Positions 44,446 through 56,449 of a stretch of DNA of 64,000 bases are shown in pieces (positions within the stretch are counted from its first letter, which is position 1; every line of letters starts with the position of its first letter). Position numbers and translations under genes: made by a program. The stretch lies in NCBI GenBank assembly GCA_965240325.2, contig OZ251230.1:124001-188000 (forward strand), in the 5' to 3' direction. This DNA comes from Rebecca billardiae RCC1528 (taxonomy: Eukaryota; Protista; Haptophyta). The notes below the pieces were generated by a model, which worked only from the letters and a program-made list of their open reading frames with translations, made no database searches and was not told the DNA's origin.

Positions 44446-44688
44446 TCATCGCGCCTTCTCGCGCAGCTGGTGCTTCACGTACAGCGAGCGGCACGAGAAC
44501 GAGCAGAAGGTGGCGTCAAACGCAAGGAGCACGTCCATGCCGGGTTCGTGGCGCTGCTCGCAGGTGGTGCACCGGCGGAGGTCGGGGTAGCGATTCGGCC
44601 GGCCCGCAAGGAGGTGGAGGCAGTTTGGATCGGCGAGCGGCATCTCGAGAGCGCCCGGCACCTGTGTCGGCGCCTCCGGCGTGGTCAT
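44446..44688 (-). CDS. small FCS-like zinc finger (zf-FLZ) protein
   Basis: CTTC-EQRHEPGMDVLLAFDAT-FCSFSCR is exactly CX2CX17FCSX2C. 80-aa ORF from the ATG at 44688. Confidence 0.68.
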   Translation of the reverse strand: MTTPEAPTQVPGALEMPLADPNCLHLLAGRPNRYPDLRRCTTCEQRHEPGMDVLLAFDATFCSFSCRSLYVKHQLREKAR

Positions 44689-45782
44689 TTGGCCCGCTGG
44701 GTGATTGGCCCGCGGCGTTTGCCGTCGGCGGAGCCAGCAAACTTGGCGCCGGTCACTTCGCACCGCTTTGAAAAATCGGAGTATGATCGTGGGGAAGCAA
44801 AGGTGACTAGCTTTCAGGCTTTGCGCACAATGCGCGGCAGATCATTGGTCGCCGTCGCTTCCCCGCGTTTAGTCCTCGGCCTTGACGTGGAATTCGATGC
44901 GAACCTCGGGCACCCTCGAGTTATGTGCGCACGTGATTCGACGTAGCTGGGGTGAGCACGTCGCCAGTTCGCGAACCGCGAAACCAGTATTCTTGCTCGT
45001 TCAATCCTCGAACCGCGGGATGTATGATACATAAGCACTGCTGTTGATTCATGATGACGAATCATCAAGCCGCGGCCGCCGATCATTCTGGCATTTCAAG
45101 GTCGATCGGGCGGTGGTGATGAGCCCTCGATGGCCCTGGCCAAGGTGTTTGGCTCATTTGCATTGCCTTGCATGGGGTGTGCGCGTCGGAGCCTGCTCGA
45201 CTTCCTACGTTTCGCGTCGGTGGCAGTCGATCGGATCGCCCCGCGCCCCCCACATCTACTCAGCTGCCCGTGCGGCACCCGCCAGCCGCGAACGGCGCGG
45301 TCCGAGACGGAAGACCGGCACACCCGCACTCCAGCTGGCCAACTGCAAGGCACACTTTTGGACTTCTATTTTTGGAGAGAACCACTGATATGGCGATGTT
45401 GGCTTGTTGTAGATACACTAGGTCGCGACGCACGGCAAGTATGCTCACTGCCCTCGCGGCGCGAGCGCACGCACCGGCACTAGTTGAAGCGGGAAGTCGG
45501 CGGCGGCCCGAGAGCAAGCTCGGGCGAATATCTGGACCACCTGTGGTCCAAGCGCTATGATGCAGCGGCAGGGGCAAGACGACACGGAACTTTTTCAGTG
45601 CACCATGGCTCCTTCGCCGCCTCGCACGCGCGCGCGCCGCGAACTGGTGCCGACACCTATGGCGACCTGGCCACCTGGGTCCTGGGCCGCCATAGTTCTG
45701 AGGCCGGTGACGAACGACGAAACTGAAAACGGTCCCCCAGCCGGCCAGCCCAGGCTGCCCAGCCTTCCACGACTTTCAAACG

Positions 45783-47120
45783 ATGGTGCGCCAGCGGCCC
45801 GCGGCCGCCGCGGCCGCGCTGCCCGACGACGTGCGCCTGGCGCTACTCGCGAAGGATGAGCAGATCAGGTCGCTGCGCGAGGTGGCGAAGACTCTCGTGC
45901 GCACGCACAAGGTGGAGAGCTGGGCGCTCAACCTGCTGCGCCACTGCTACCGCTCGTGGGCCGACTACACGCTCGTGCGCTCGGTGCAGCGCGACGAGGC
46001 GGACCAGCTGCGCGAGCTGCGCGAGGAGCGGGGCATGAGCGGCGGGAGCCACGGCGGATTCCTCGTCGCCGCGCCCCCGCACGAGTTCGTCGACCCGTCC
46101 GACTTCTCCGAGCACGCGCAGCGCGCGCGGCAGGCGATGCGCATGAGCCAGCGCGTGCTGCTCCTCGAGCAGCGGCTCGACCAGCGCGAGCCGCCGTACG
46201 GCGCGGGCGCGGGCGGGCGCGCGCTCGTCGCGCGGGTGAGCGAGGAGTACGACGACGACGAGCGCGACGAGCTCCTCCGTCGCAACGCCGAGCTCGAGCG
46301 CGCGCTCGCGCAGGCGCGTGCAGAGCGCGACGCTGCGGGCGCGGACGCGCGGCAGCAGGCGGCGGAGGCGAACGCGGTGCGCGTGCAGCTGCAGGGCGTG
46401 CGCCTCGAGCTGTCGCTCGCACGCGAGGCTCTGGCGAAGGTCTCCAACGCCCAGCGCGCCGAGCGCCTCGCCGGTGCGCACGCCAGCGGCCTCAGCCGCG
46501 CCGAGCAGCTCGTGTGGGGCCGGCTCGTGAGCGGAGGCGCGGGCGCCGCGGCCGGCGAGAAGGGCGAGCGCGCGCCCGCCATCGAGCTCAGCGACGAGAA
46601 CGCCGGCCAGCAGCTCCGCCGCTCCACGCGGCACGGTGGGGGGCTTGCGCTGGTCGGTGGCCGCGCGGCCGCGTATGGCCTCCAGCCCGAGGGCTGGGGC
46701 GTGGTGGGGCGCGCCGGCGCGCGCGCGCACGACGGCGCGCAGACGGCGCGCGAGCTGCACGCCGCGCAGCCGCGCGCCGGTGAGCACGCGCACGCCGCCA
46801 CGCTCAGCGGGGCCGGTGGGGCGCGGCCGATGCTGCGTCGGGCCAACTCCTTCACCAAGCTGAGCGCGACGACCGCCCCCAGCTCGCCCTCGCGCCTCAG
46901 CGCCGCCGAGGGCCGAGGCACGCCGCAGCTGAGCGTGGACGACCTCGCCCTCACGCCGTCTGCGCAGCGCAAGCGCGCCGCTCGGGGCGAGCTCGAGGCT
47001 CCTGCGGCGTCCGTGGCGAAGCCACCGCCAGCGGTCGAGCGCGGCGAGCTGCTGGCGCGCACGCCGCCCGCCCACGCGGCGTGGTCGCGCGTGTCATCTG
47101 CCGCTGCGCAGCCGTGGTAA
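45783..47120 (+). CDS. uncharacterised coiled-coil protein
   Basis: 445-aa ATG-initiated ORF, GC3-biased, with heptad-like segments (LLAKDEQIRSLREV; ELLRRNAELERALAQ). Confidence 0.75.
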   Translation: MVRQRPAAAAAALPDDVRLALLAKDEQIRSLREVAKTLVRTHKVESWALNLLRHCYRSWADYTLVRSVQRDEADQLRELREERGMSGGSHGGFLVAAPPHEFVDPSDFSEHAQRARQAMRMSQRVLLLEQRLDQREPPYGAGAGGRALVARVSEEYDDDERDELLRRNAELERALAQARAERDAAGADARQQAAEANAVRVQLQGVRLELSLAREALAKVSNAQRAERLAGAHASGLSRAEQLVWGRLVSGGAGAAAGEKGERAPAIELSDENAGQQLRRSTRHGGGLALVGGRAAAYGLQPEGWGVVGRAGARAHDGAQTARELHAAQPRAGEHAHAATLSGAGGARPMLRRANSFTKLSATTAPSSPSRLSAAEGRGTPQLSVDDLALTPSAQRKRAARGELEAPAASVAKPPPAVERGELLARTPPAHAAWSRVSSAAAQPW

Positions 47121-47827
47121 TGCGTGCGGGCGCCGCGCCCGCGGCGCGGTACCCCGGCGTACCGGCGCGCATGCGACTGACGCCCGCGCGTGCATCACTG
47201 CATTTGCACTTGCAGCGGCGTCAGATCCGGTACGACTTCGCGCGTAGTCGTACTCGGGCGTCTCGGCGTACGTCCGATGGCGACTGACGACATCAGCATC
47301 ATATCGCGCTTGATATATGATTGACGAAGATATTTATTCAGCGCAGTCATCGCGCGTCGTTGATGAGTCAGTCCGGATGATCGTCGCGATAGAATGTTGG
47401 CGGCCACGACTGTCAGTCACACTGACACTCACTCACAGTCGTCACAGTGTCGCGCAACTTGTTGCTGCGGGACGACCGCCCTGCCGCGCCCGCGCATCCG
47501 CCAGATCCCAGGCCCAGCTGTCTGCGGTTGATGTCCGCGTTGGCTGAGCACGGGCCACGCGGGGCCATGCGACGGGCCTCGCGGTCCGCTCGCGGCCGAT
47601 GCGGAAGCCATCAGCAACGTCGATGAATCGACGCCGACGCTGGTCAAGCCGGCGCCGGCGCCAGACGCGCGATGGCGGCGCACGACGATGGTGAGCATGC
47701 GCATGCCGATGACGACGAGGATGCCTCAGAGAGCGCACAGTGCTGACGACAGCACGTGCGGCGTGCCTCGTGCGGCGGAGTGTCCGGTGGCCCGCTCGGC
47801 TGCGCGCCGCTCGTCCGCTCCTGCTCA

Positions 47828-50800
47828 TCATTCGCCGTCCATGTCCTCGCCGTAGTCCGCGTCGATGCCGGCGGCGGCCGGGCGCGCGGCGCCCGCGCCG
47901 CTCGCGCCGCGGCGCGCGCCCAGCTTGCTCGCGACCACCTTGCTGCGGCGCACGGCGCTGCCGGGCCCCGCGCCCGCCGGCGGCACGGCCGGGCGCTCCG
48001 GCTCTGCCGGTGCCATCAGCCCCGCCTGCGCGCACGCCGCGCGCACGCCACGCGCGCGCGCGGTGTGAGCAGCGCGCGCTCGGCCCCGGCGTGCGCGCCG
48101 CGCGCGCGCGCGGTGCGTGCGCGCACCGTCCTGAGCAGCCACTCCACCTTCTGCGCGGCCGGCGGCGAGGCGAGCGCGAGTGTGCCGAGCAGCACGCGCG
48201 GGCCCATCACCTTGGCCACCACCAGCAGCCCGAGCGCGGAGAAGGCGGCGAGGGAGAGGCCCTGCACGAGGAAGGAGGGGACGAGGAACTTGGGCCTGCG
48301 GGGAGAGGGGCGCGGGGAGAGGGGCGGGGCGAGGCCGACGGCTGAGCGGCCAGCGCGCCTACCGGGCGGCAGGGGCCCCTCCGCCCCGGCCCCGGCACAG
48401 GCCCAGCCCACAGGCCAAGCCCGCCCGCGCACGCACGCTGCGCCCGGGTGCCGCCGCCGTGCCGCCGCGGGCTCTGGACCCCGCTGCTGACGCTGACGCG
48501 CGCGCACACGGGCGCACGCACGCGCGCGCGCGCGCGCGCACATGAAGTTGAGCGCCTCGCGCGCGAGCACGAGGCCGAGCAGCCCCATCATCCAGAAGGG
48601 CGCGCGCGGCTTGGTCACGAGCGCGTCCTGCGCCTGCTTGGCCGAGAGGTACTGCGTGCGCGCCTCCAGGATCAGGTTCTGCAGCAGCCCCACCTTGGTG
48701 CCTTCGTCCACGAGAGTCACCTGGCACGCGACGGAGCGCGCGCGCACGGGCGGACGCGCGCGTCAGAGCCGCGCGCCGCGCGGGGCGGGGGTGCGCACGG
48801 CGCCGCGCCGCGCGGCGCCGCGGTGTGTGTCGCGCGGTGCGGTGCGCGGTGCGCCGTGCGCCGTGCTCGACAGCGCCGTGCTCGCACCTGCTCAAACTTG
48901 CCGTCCGCGGGCACGACGGCCAGCAGCTCGAGCAGCTTGCGCGCCGCGTCCTGCGCGGCCTGGCACTCGGCGTTGATGTCGTCCCCGCGCTGCCACACGC
49001 GCGGCAGGTTGTGCTCGTCGAACTTGAACGCCGTCTCGAACCGGCGGCGCATCTTCTCCTGCACGTGCAGCGCGGCCGAGCGCGCGGCGCCGACGATCGC
49101 GGCGCGCGACGCCTTCTCGAGCGCCGCGCGCGCGCCGTCGAGCGCCTTGCCCTCGACGCGCAGCGCGGCGAGGTCGGCGTCGAGCTCGCGCGTGGCGTTG
49201 GCGAGCGCCGCCGCGCGCAGCCGCGCGAGCCTCGCCCACACGTCCACCGGCGTCTCCTTCAGCAGCGCGACGGCGCGCGGCTCGACGCGCTCGGCCAGCG
49301 CCGCGCGCGCCTCTTCCAGCACACAGTCAGCCGCCTCGCGCCGCGCGCGCGCGTCGAGCCGGCTGAGGCGCTGGCGCAGCCGCTGCTCGCCCGCGGCGAA
49401 GACGTGCGCGAGCTCGGCCGCGCAGCCCGGCGGCGGCGCGTCGCGCGCCACCTGCTGGTACGCCGACGCCGCCGCCGCCTCAGCCTTGAGCAGCCGGTCG
49501 GCGAGGTCGAGCGGCGCGCCGCCGCCGCCCGACGGCGCGGCCGCCTCGAGCGCGGCGCCGTGGACCTTCTCGGCGCGGCGGATCGCGGCGTCGAGCTGCT
49601 TCTCGAGCAGCGCGCCGGCGATCTCGAGCGCGCGCGCGCGCAGCTCGCCGCGCTTCTCCGCCGCCACCTTCTTCGAGTACAGCGCCGCCACCTTGTCGTA
49701 CTTGGCGAGCGAGCTGTTGAGCAACGCGCCGAGCCGCGCGCCGAGCGCCGGGTACGGCTCGGCGCCGTTGTCGAGCGCGCGCGCCATCGGCGCGGTGGCG
49801 TTGCGCAGCGCGGCGCTCGCACCGTCGGCAACCTCGCCGCAGCGGAAGAGCGCGAGCATCTCCTGCTGCGAGGGCAGGTTGAGGTCCTGCTCCGAGCGGA
49901 CCGTGCCCCAGACGCTGCGCGTGTACGCCTCAAACCCGTCCGCGGGCACGGCGGGCTTGCCGCCGGGCGGGCCGCCGCCCACGACGGCCTCGCGCAGCGC
50001 GCCGAGCTCCGCCTGCCACCGCTCGCGCTCGAGCTCGTAGTGCGGCAGCGACGTCACCTGCACGTCGAAGAGCTCCTCGAACGCGCGCCCCGCCATCCCC
50101 TCGGGCTTGGGCACCTCGTCCCAGATGGTCTGCACGTCCGAGCGCACCATCTGCTCGAGCGCGGACAGCGGCGTGACCGAGCGCACGTGGTCGCGCACGA
50201 TGAAGAGGAGGCGGCGCTTGCCCGCGCCGAAGAGGCGCAGGTGCATCTCCACCACCGTGCGCAGCAGCGCCAGGTTCGCCGCGTTGTACCGCCCGAGGTC
50301 GTGCACCCACACGTTCACGACGAGCGTGTCCGAGACAGCGAGCGCAAACAGCGCGGACTGGCGCTCGAAGGTCTTGGACTCCTCGCCGCCCTCGCGCGAG
50401 TCCGTGCCCTGCAGGTCGAGCAGCAGCACGTCGCGCCCCTGCGCGCGCGCGAGCCACACGCCCTTCGTCGTCTGCGAGCGGCCGCGCGCCGCGTCCATCA
50501 CGTCGAACGAGGTTCCAAACAGAGCGTTCAGCAGCGTCGACTTGCCCGACGACTGCGGGCCGAGGACGGAGACGACGGAGTAGCTCGCGTCGCGCCGCAT
50601 GCCCGACGTGGCGAGGTAGCGCGAGAGCGACGCGTTCGAGAACGCGCCCGCGTCGTCGATCAGCTGCATGAACCGGCCGCCAGCCGCCGCGCCGCCGCGC
50701 GCGCGCACCGCCGGCGGCGCGGCGCACCACGGCGCGCAGGACGCCTCGGCCTCGCCCACGGCGGGCCTCTCGCGCGCGCGCGCGCCCACAGAGCCGAGAT

Positions 50801-51086
50801 CCGGGCCGCCCCCGCCGCCGCTGCCGACGCCGCCGCCGCGCACGCCGAGAGCGCCGAGCGCGCCGAGCACGCGCGACGCGCCGAGCGGCGATGGCGCGGC
50901 GCCGCGCGAGGACTGGCGCTCGCGCGACGCGGCGACGGGGCTCAGCGCGGCGAGCGCGGCGAGAAGCGCCGCCACCGCCACGCCGCCGCGCGGCGCGCGG
51001 CCGCCGCAGCCGCCGACGTGCCGCGGGCGCGTGCGAGGCACCAGCTCGGGCGGCACTGCCATCGTCATCACCGCCGACTCAGCCAT
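47828..51086 (-). CDS. SEY1: SEY1/RHD3 ER-fusion GTPase; exons 51086-48888, 48720-48542, 48295-48127, 48025-47828
   Basis: VVSVLGPQSSGKSTLLNALFGTSF, RSQTTKGVW, DLQGTDSRE, FERQSALFALA, LLFIVRD, DLNLPSQQEMLALFRC, FKFDEHNLPRVW, C-terminal TM hairpin. The exact start and the middle intron (possible micro-exon) are uncertain. Confidence 0.93.
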
Positions 51087-51326
51087 CGCGGACGACGACA
51101 CGTGGCGGCGGTCGTTCTTTCGAAAACCAAATAAAAAGCGACGGGGCCACGGGCGGAATTGGCCCTCGTATCGGTCCGGAGGTGTGAGCAGGGCAGCAGG
51201 CACCTCGATCCGGTGGCGCTTGCCGCCAAGGAGGGCTGCACGAGGGCGCGAAGCACAGGCGCGTGTGCACCTTCCTGCGGACCCCGGGCCAGGCGCGCTT
51301 GCTCGCCGGCGGCGCGGCGCGGCGGC

Positions 51327-54067
51327 ATGACGTCGCACAAGCCGGGGCGGCTGCACCAGCAGAATAAGCCGTTCAAGTCGCGGCACCGCTCGAAGGGCGC
51401 GCTCAAGGGCGCGTCGCAGGGCCGCGTCGAGCGCGCGTCGCTCAAGGGCGGCGGCGCGGCGATGGGCGCTTCGGGCAAGCTCGCGCGGCGCAACCAGGCG
51501 GCGCAGCGCAAGGCGGCGCAGCGCGCGGAGAGCCTGGCGCAGCGCCGTACCGGCGTGGGCGGCGAGCACGGCCCGCCCAAGTGCGTCGTCCTCCTCCCGA
51601 TGACGCGCGGCGCCGACTGCGCCGAGCTGCATGCGACGCTGCTCGCGCAGGTGCCCGACTGGCCCGCGCACGGCGGCGGCGGCGGCGCGCAGGGCGGCGC
51701 GCCGCCCGCAGCGCTGGCGACATTCACGCTCCGCGCGCCCGCGCGCCAGCGCGTCACGCTCGTCGCCGCGCCGCCGCCCAGCTTCGCCGCGCTCGACGCG
51801 GCGAAGGCGGCGGACATTGCTGTGCTGCAGCTGCACGCGGGCGCGGGCGTGGACGAGGCGGGCGAGGCGCTGCTGAGCGCGCTGTGCGCGCAGGGCGTGC
51901 CCACGATCGTGGCCGCGCTGGTGGGGCTGTCCGAGCTCCCGCCCAAGCAGCAGGCGCAGGCCATCAAGTACTGGTCCGCCTTCGTCGCCACCAAGTTCCC
52001 CGACGACTCTCGCACGCTGCCGATGCGCGCGCCCACCGACGCGGCCGCTTTGCTGCGGCACGTGGCGAGTGCGCGCCTGCGGCCCATCTCGTGGCGGGAG
52101 TCGCACGCGCACGTGCTCGGCGTGCGCGGCGCGTACGACGGCTCCACGCTCGTCCTCCGCGGCCACGTGCGCGGCCGCGCCTTCTCGCCCGGCGCGCTCG
52201 TCCACCTGCCGGGCGCGGGCGAGTTCCAGCTCGCGCGCGTCGTGCGCGGCGCAGAGCCGGCGGGCTCGGGCGCGCGCGGCCGGCGCGCCGGCGGCGGCGG
52301 CGGCGCGGAGGGCGCGATGCAGCTCGACGAGGGCGGGGGCGTCGTGCTGGAGCCGTCCGAGCGCATGTCGCTCAAGTACGACGTCGAGCCCAGCGCGCTC
52401 GCCGGCGAGCAGACCTGGCCGACGGCCGTGGAGCTGCGCGAGGCCGCGGCGGCCGGCGCGGCCGGCGCGGGCGCGGGCGCGGGCGAGCGCGCGCGCGGCG
52501 GCAAGGGCAAGCGCGCGCTCAAGCGCGACGACCCGAAGCTGGGCGCCGAGTACACCGCCGCGTGGGACGAGGACGACGACGCCGACTCCGACGCGGACGA
52601 CGACGCGATGGCCGACTCCGACGCCTCCGGCTCCGGCGAGGGCGGCTCGGACGACGACGAGGGCGCCGCCTCTGATGACGAGGAGGAGGAGGAGGAGGAG
52701 GACAGCAACCCTGTCGGGCGCTGGCTCGACCGCGACGACGCGGAGACGCAGGGCGGCGACGCGGACGCGGAGATGGCGATGGCCGTCGACGAGATCGACG
52801 CCGAGCTCGACGCCGCCCAGGCCGAGGCCGCGCGCCGCGAGCGCCGCGCCGCCTCGGACGACCGCGACTTCCCCGACGAGGTGGACGCGCCGACCGACGT
52901 TGCGGCGCGCGTGCGCTTCCAGCGGTACCGCGGGCTCAAGTCGTTCCGCACGTCGCCGTGGGACCCGAAGGAGAGCCTGCCGCCCGAGTACGCGCGGATC
53001 TACCAGTTCGAGGACTTCCGCGCGCTGCAGCGCCAGGTGCTCGCGGACGAGGAGGGCGCGGACGCGGCCGCCCCGCGCGCGCCCTCGGTGCTGGTGCCGG
53101 GCGAGTGCGTCGAGCTGCACCTGCAGGGCGTGGGGCCGGAGGTGGGCGCGCGGTACGCGGAGGGGGCGGTGCTGCTCGCGGTGCTGCTGCACGAGCACGA
53201 GAACAAGATGAGCGTGGTGCACTACAGCGCCAAGCTGCACCCGGCGCACCCCAAGGAGGAGGTCGTGCGGTGAGCGCGCGCGCGCGGCGGCCGCAGCGCG
53301 CGCCGCGCGCCCGCGAGCCGCGCCCGGCCGCGCGCGCGCTCACCCGCGCGCCCGCGCGCCCGCGCGCCGACTCCCGCGCCAGCTCGAAGCGCGACGCCAT
53401 CATCCAGTCGGGCTTCCGCCGCTTCATCGGCTGCCCCTCCTTCAGCGACCACGCGCCCAAGGCGAGCAAGCACAAGCTCGAGCGCTACCTGCACCCGGGG
53501 CGCGTGTGCGCCGCGTCGGTGTTTGCGCCCGCGCAGTTTGGCCCCGCGCCGATGCTGCTCTTCAGTCTGCAGCCGGGGTCGGCGCCGGCGGCGGAGCGCG
53601 CGCCCGGCTCGGCGCCCGCGCTGCCGCCCCTCGTGGCCACGGGCTCGCTGCTCTCCGTCGACGCCGAGCGCATCACCCTCAAGAAGGCGGTGCTCACCGG
53701 CCACCCGTTCCGCGTGCACAAGCGCAAGGCGGTCGTGCGCTGGATGTTCTTCAACCCGGACGACATCCGCTGGTTCAAGCCGGTCGAGCTCTTCACCAAG
53801 ATGGGCCGCGCGGGGCACATCCTCGAGCCGCTCGGCACGCACGGCTACATGAAGTGCATCTTCGACGGCCCGCTCATGCCGCACGACACGGTGGGCATGA
53901 GCCTGTACAAGCGCGTGTACCCCAAGTGGGGGCGCTTTCGCTTTGCAAACGACGGCGAGCTCATGCAGCCAGAGCCAGCGGGCGGCGGCGGCGCGGAGGG
54001 CGAGCGCGACGGCGTCGCGCACGGAGCCGAGGGCGCGGCCGGGCCGATGGAACGCGCAGACCATTGA
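51327..54067 (+). CDS. TSR1: pre-rRNA processing protein TSR1; intron 53270-53382
   Basis: QQNKPFKSRHRSKG, FPDEVDAP, ARVRFQRYRGLKSFRTSPWDPKESLP, LTGHPFRVHKRKAVVRWMFFNPDD, GHILEPLGTHGYMKC, LYKRVYPKW. Confidence 0.97.
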
Positions 54068-54291
54068 TGACAACGATCGTCATCAATGTTGTTGATCATA
54101 TCACGACACTAGCTGCGCCATGATGCCATCATCGGCATCATCATATTCGAAATCGTCAGCATATATCATCGTAGCAGCGTCATATTCGTCTGGGGGACGA
54201 CGATTCCGCCGCGGACGACGGATTCGCGTCATCATCGTCCTCATCATTCATCATCGTCGCATCATCGTCACGCGTCGTCGTCGCGCGCTCA

Positions 54292-56052
54292 TCATGAGTA
54301 GCAGCAGCCTCCGGCACCAGCAGGCGCAGTAGGGGCGACGAGGGCCCGCCGTCCGCCCCCTATCAACGGCGAAGGCGCCACCCCGACGGGCGGTGCTGCC
54401 GTCTCAGCCGCCTGGACTGCTGCCGCGGCAGCCACGGCGGCAGCCGCTGCGCCCCCGGCCGCCGCTCCGGTGACGGCCCGCCCGCCCTGACTCGGCTTTG
54501 GGCCGCCCCTGCATGCGCCGCCACGCACGCCGCCACCGCCGCCGGCGCTGGCCTCGACGCCGTCGGCCCTGCCCCCGCACGCGCCAGCCGACGCCCCAGC
54601 TGCGTCGGCGCAGCTACGCCCCGCCTCCGCGGGCTCCGCTTCGCTCCCCGGGCCCGGCCGCGCCGCCCGCCGCGCGGGCAGCCGCGCCGCCGCCCGTCCC
54701 GTGGCTCGGCTCGACTCGCCCGCGCCCGCGCCCAGCGCGCCCGCGGCGGCAGCGGCGCTTCTGGAGCTCGCGCGGCGGCGCATCCCGCGCCCAGAGCGCG
54801 TGGTCCGCCGGCCTGCGCCGCTCTGCTCCGCCGCGCCGCCGCCCGCCGCCGCCTCCTCCAGCACGCGCTTCTGCTCGCGCTGGCTGGCGGAGAGCGCGCG
54901 CACCGCGTCCCCCGCCTGGTTGTACGCGGTCGGCTCGGCGTGCGTGAGGATTGAGCTGAACGGCGGGAGCACAAAGATGGTGAACGGGAGCGAGAGCAGC
55001 CCGTACGCCGTCTTGGCCCAGTAGCACGTCGCGCGCAGCTGCCACGCGTGCTCCCCGCCCAGCGTGCCCGGCCTCGCCGCGTACAGCGCGACCCACGTGA
55101 GCACGAGCGCAAAGCAGCCCAGGTCGTACGCCATCAGCGGCCTCAGGTAGCCGCCCGCTGATGGCCGCCACTCGCGCAGCTCGTCCTCGAGCGGGGGCGC
55201 GTCGGCGCGCTCGGGGTCGGCGGTCTGGGCGTGCGTGCCGCCCTTCCGCCGCGAGCACGGCAGCAGCGCGAACGCCACCCACGCCAGCGCCGACTGCGCC
55301 AAGAACGCGAAGAACTGCCACCAGAAGTCGCGCGGCGAGCCCGGGCCGAGCAGGTCGCACGGCTGCCGCTCGAGCGATGCCGTGAGGCAGACGACGGTGC
55401 GCGCCGAGCCGACGAGCATGCCGGCGAAGCCGAGTGTGACGAACTGCAGCGCCTTAAACTGCAAGATGAAGTTGATCAGCGTGTACTCGTCCCGCTTGTC
55501 CATCAGCAGGAACATCGTCAGCCAGAAGGTGAACATGCAGCCGTAGTACGGGACCGCAGACCACAGCACCAGCACCCAGTACGACGCCCAGCGCAGCTGG
55601 CTGAAGAAGGAGCGGTCGAACGGGTAGTACGTGTACAGGAAGCGCGCGCGCATTCGCGCGGCCGCGGAGCGCAGCTCGCGCGGCTGCGCCCACTTGACGC
55701 GCGCGCCCTGCTTGGAGAGGCGCTCGTCCATCAGCAGCACCACCTGGCCCCGCACCTCCTCCTCCACGTCCGGCCAGACGGCGTCGAAGAGGGCGGTCTT
55801 CATCTCGCGCACGAGGCGCGGGGCCTTGTCGTCGTCGAGCGCCCGCTTGATGCGCTCGGCGGCGTAGCTCAGCGCGCGGTCCACCCGGCGCTCCGCGGCG
55901 CTCTTCACGCGGTTGCGCGCCGCAATCTTGACGCGCTCGCGCGCGCCCACGCGCACCTGCACGGGCGAACTGGCATCCGGCGAGCTCGGCCGGCGCTCCG
56001 GAGCTACCGGCGGCCGCGGCGTTTTCCTGCCTCCACGTATCCGCGCAAGCAT
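54292..56052 (-). CDS. uncharacterised multi-pass membrane protein, paralog A (intronless)
   Basis: RARFLYTYYPFDRSFF, DKRDEYTLINFILQFK, YWAKTAYGLLSLPF, LTHAEPTAYNQAG; homologous to the adjacent gene. Confidence 0.85.
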   Translation of the reverse strand: MLARIRGGRKTPRPPVAPERRPSSPDASSPVQVRVGARERVKIAARNRVKSAAERRVDRALSYAAERIKRALDDDKAPRLVREMKTALFDAVWPDVEEEVRGQVVLLMDERLSKQGARVKWAQPRELRSAAARMRARFLYTYYPFDRSFFSQLRWASYWVLVLWSAVPYYGCMFTFWLTMFLLMDKRDEYTLINFILQFKALQFVTLGFAGMLVGSARTVVCLTASLERQPCDLLGPGSPRDFWWQFFAFLAQSALAWVAFALLPCSRRKGGTHAQTADPERADAPPLEDELREWRPSAGGYLRPLMAYDLGCFALVLTWVALYAARPGTLGGEHAWQLRATCYWAKTAYGLLSLPFTIFVLPPFSSILTHAEPTAYNQAGDAVRALSASQREQKRVLEEAAAGGGAAEQSGAGRRTTRSGRGMRRRASSRSAAAAAGALGAGAGESSRATGRAAARLPARRAARPGPGSEAEPAEAGRSCADAAGASAGACGGRADGVEASAGGGGGVRGGACRGGPKPSQGGRAVTGAAAGGAAAAAVAAAAAVQAAETAAPPVGVAPSPLIGGGRRALVAPTAPAGAGGCCYS

Positions 56053-56449
56053 CGCGCAGCCGGCTGGAACGCGTCCCGGCGGCGCCGGCGTGCCGCTGCA
56101 GCAGCAGCCCGAGCGCTCCCGGCCCCGGATGGCGGACGGCACGACCAGAGGCGCTCGGACTGTATGTTAAGGAGTACAAGACCAAGACGTACAGTACTCC
56201 GTCCATACACTGTACGTACAGACTCACAGTCACAGTTTGAAGTTCAGCAGCCGCCAGCATGATAATGGCCGATCTCGGCGGCCACACCCACGTGCGCTGC
56301 GCGTGGCCGGTCCCAAGGCTTGCTCGGCCTTGGGACTGGCGCAGAAGACTCGGGTATACTAGGCATGCGCGGGCTAGCCGCGCGCGGCGGTGATGACTCG
56401 ATGCAGATAGATCTATGCCGATCACGGGCGGATCATTACGGTATATCGC

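Noticed and set aside
48717-53249. 1510-aa ORF as one giant protein
   Set aside because: Its first ~720 codons are the antisense of TSR1 and its leader; only the part from 51086 is SEY1.
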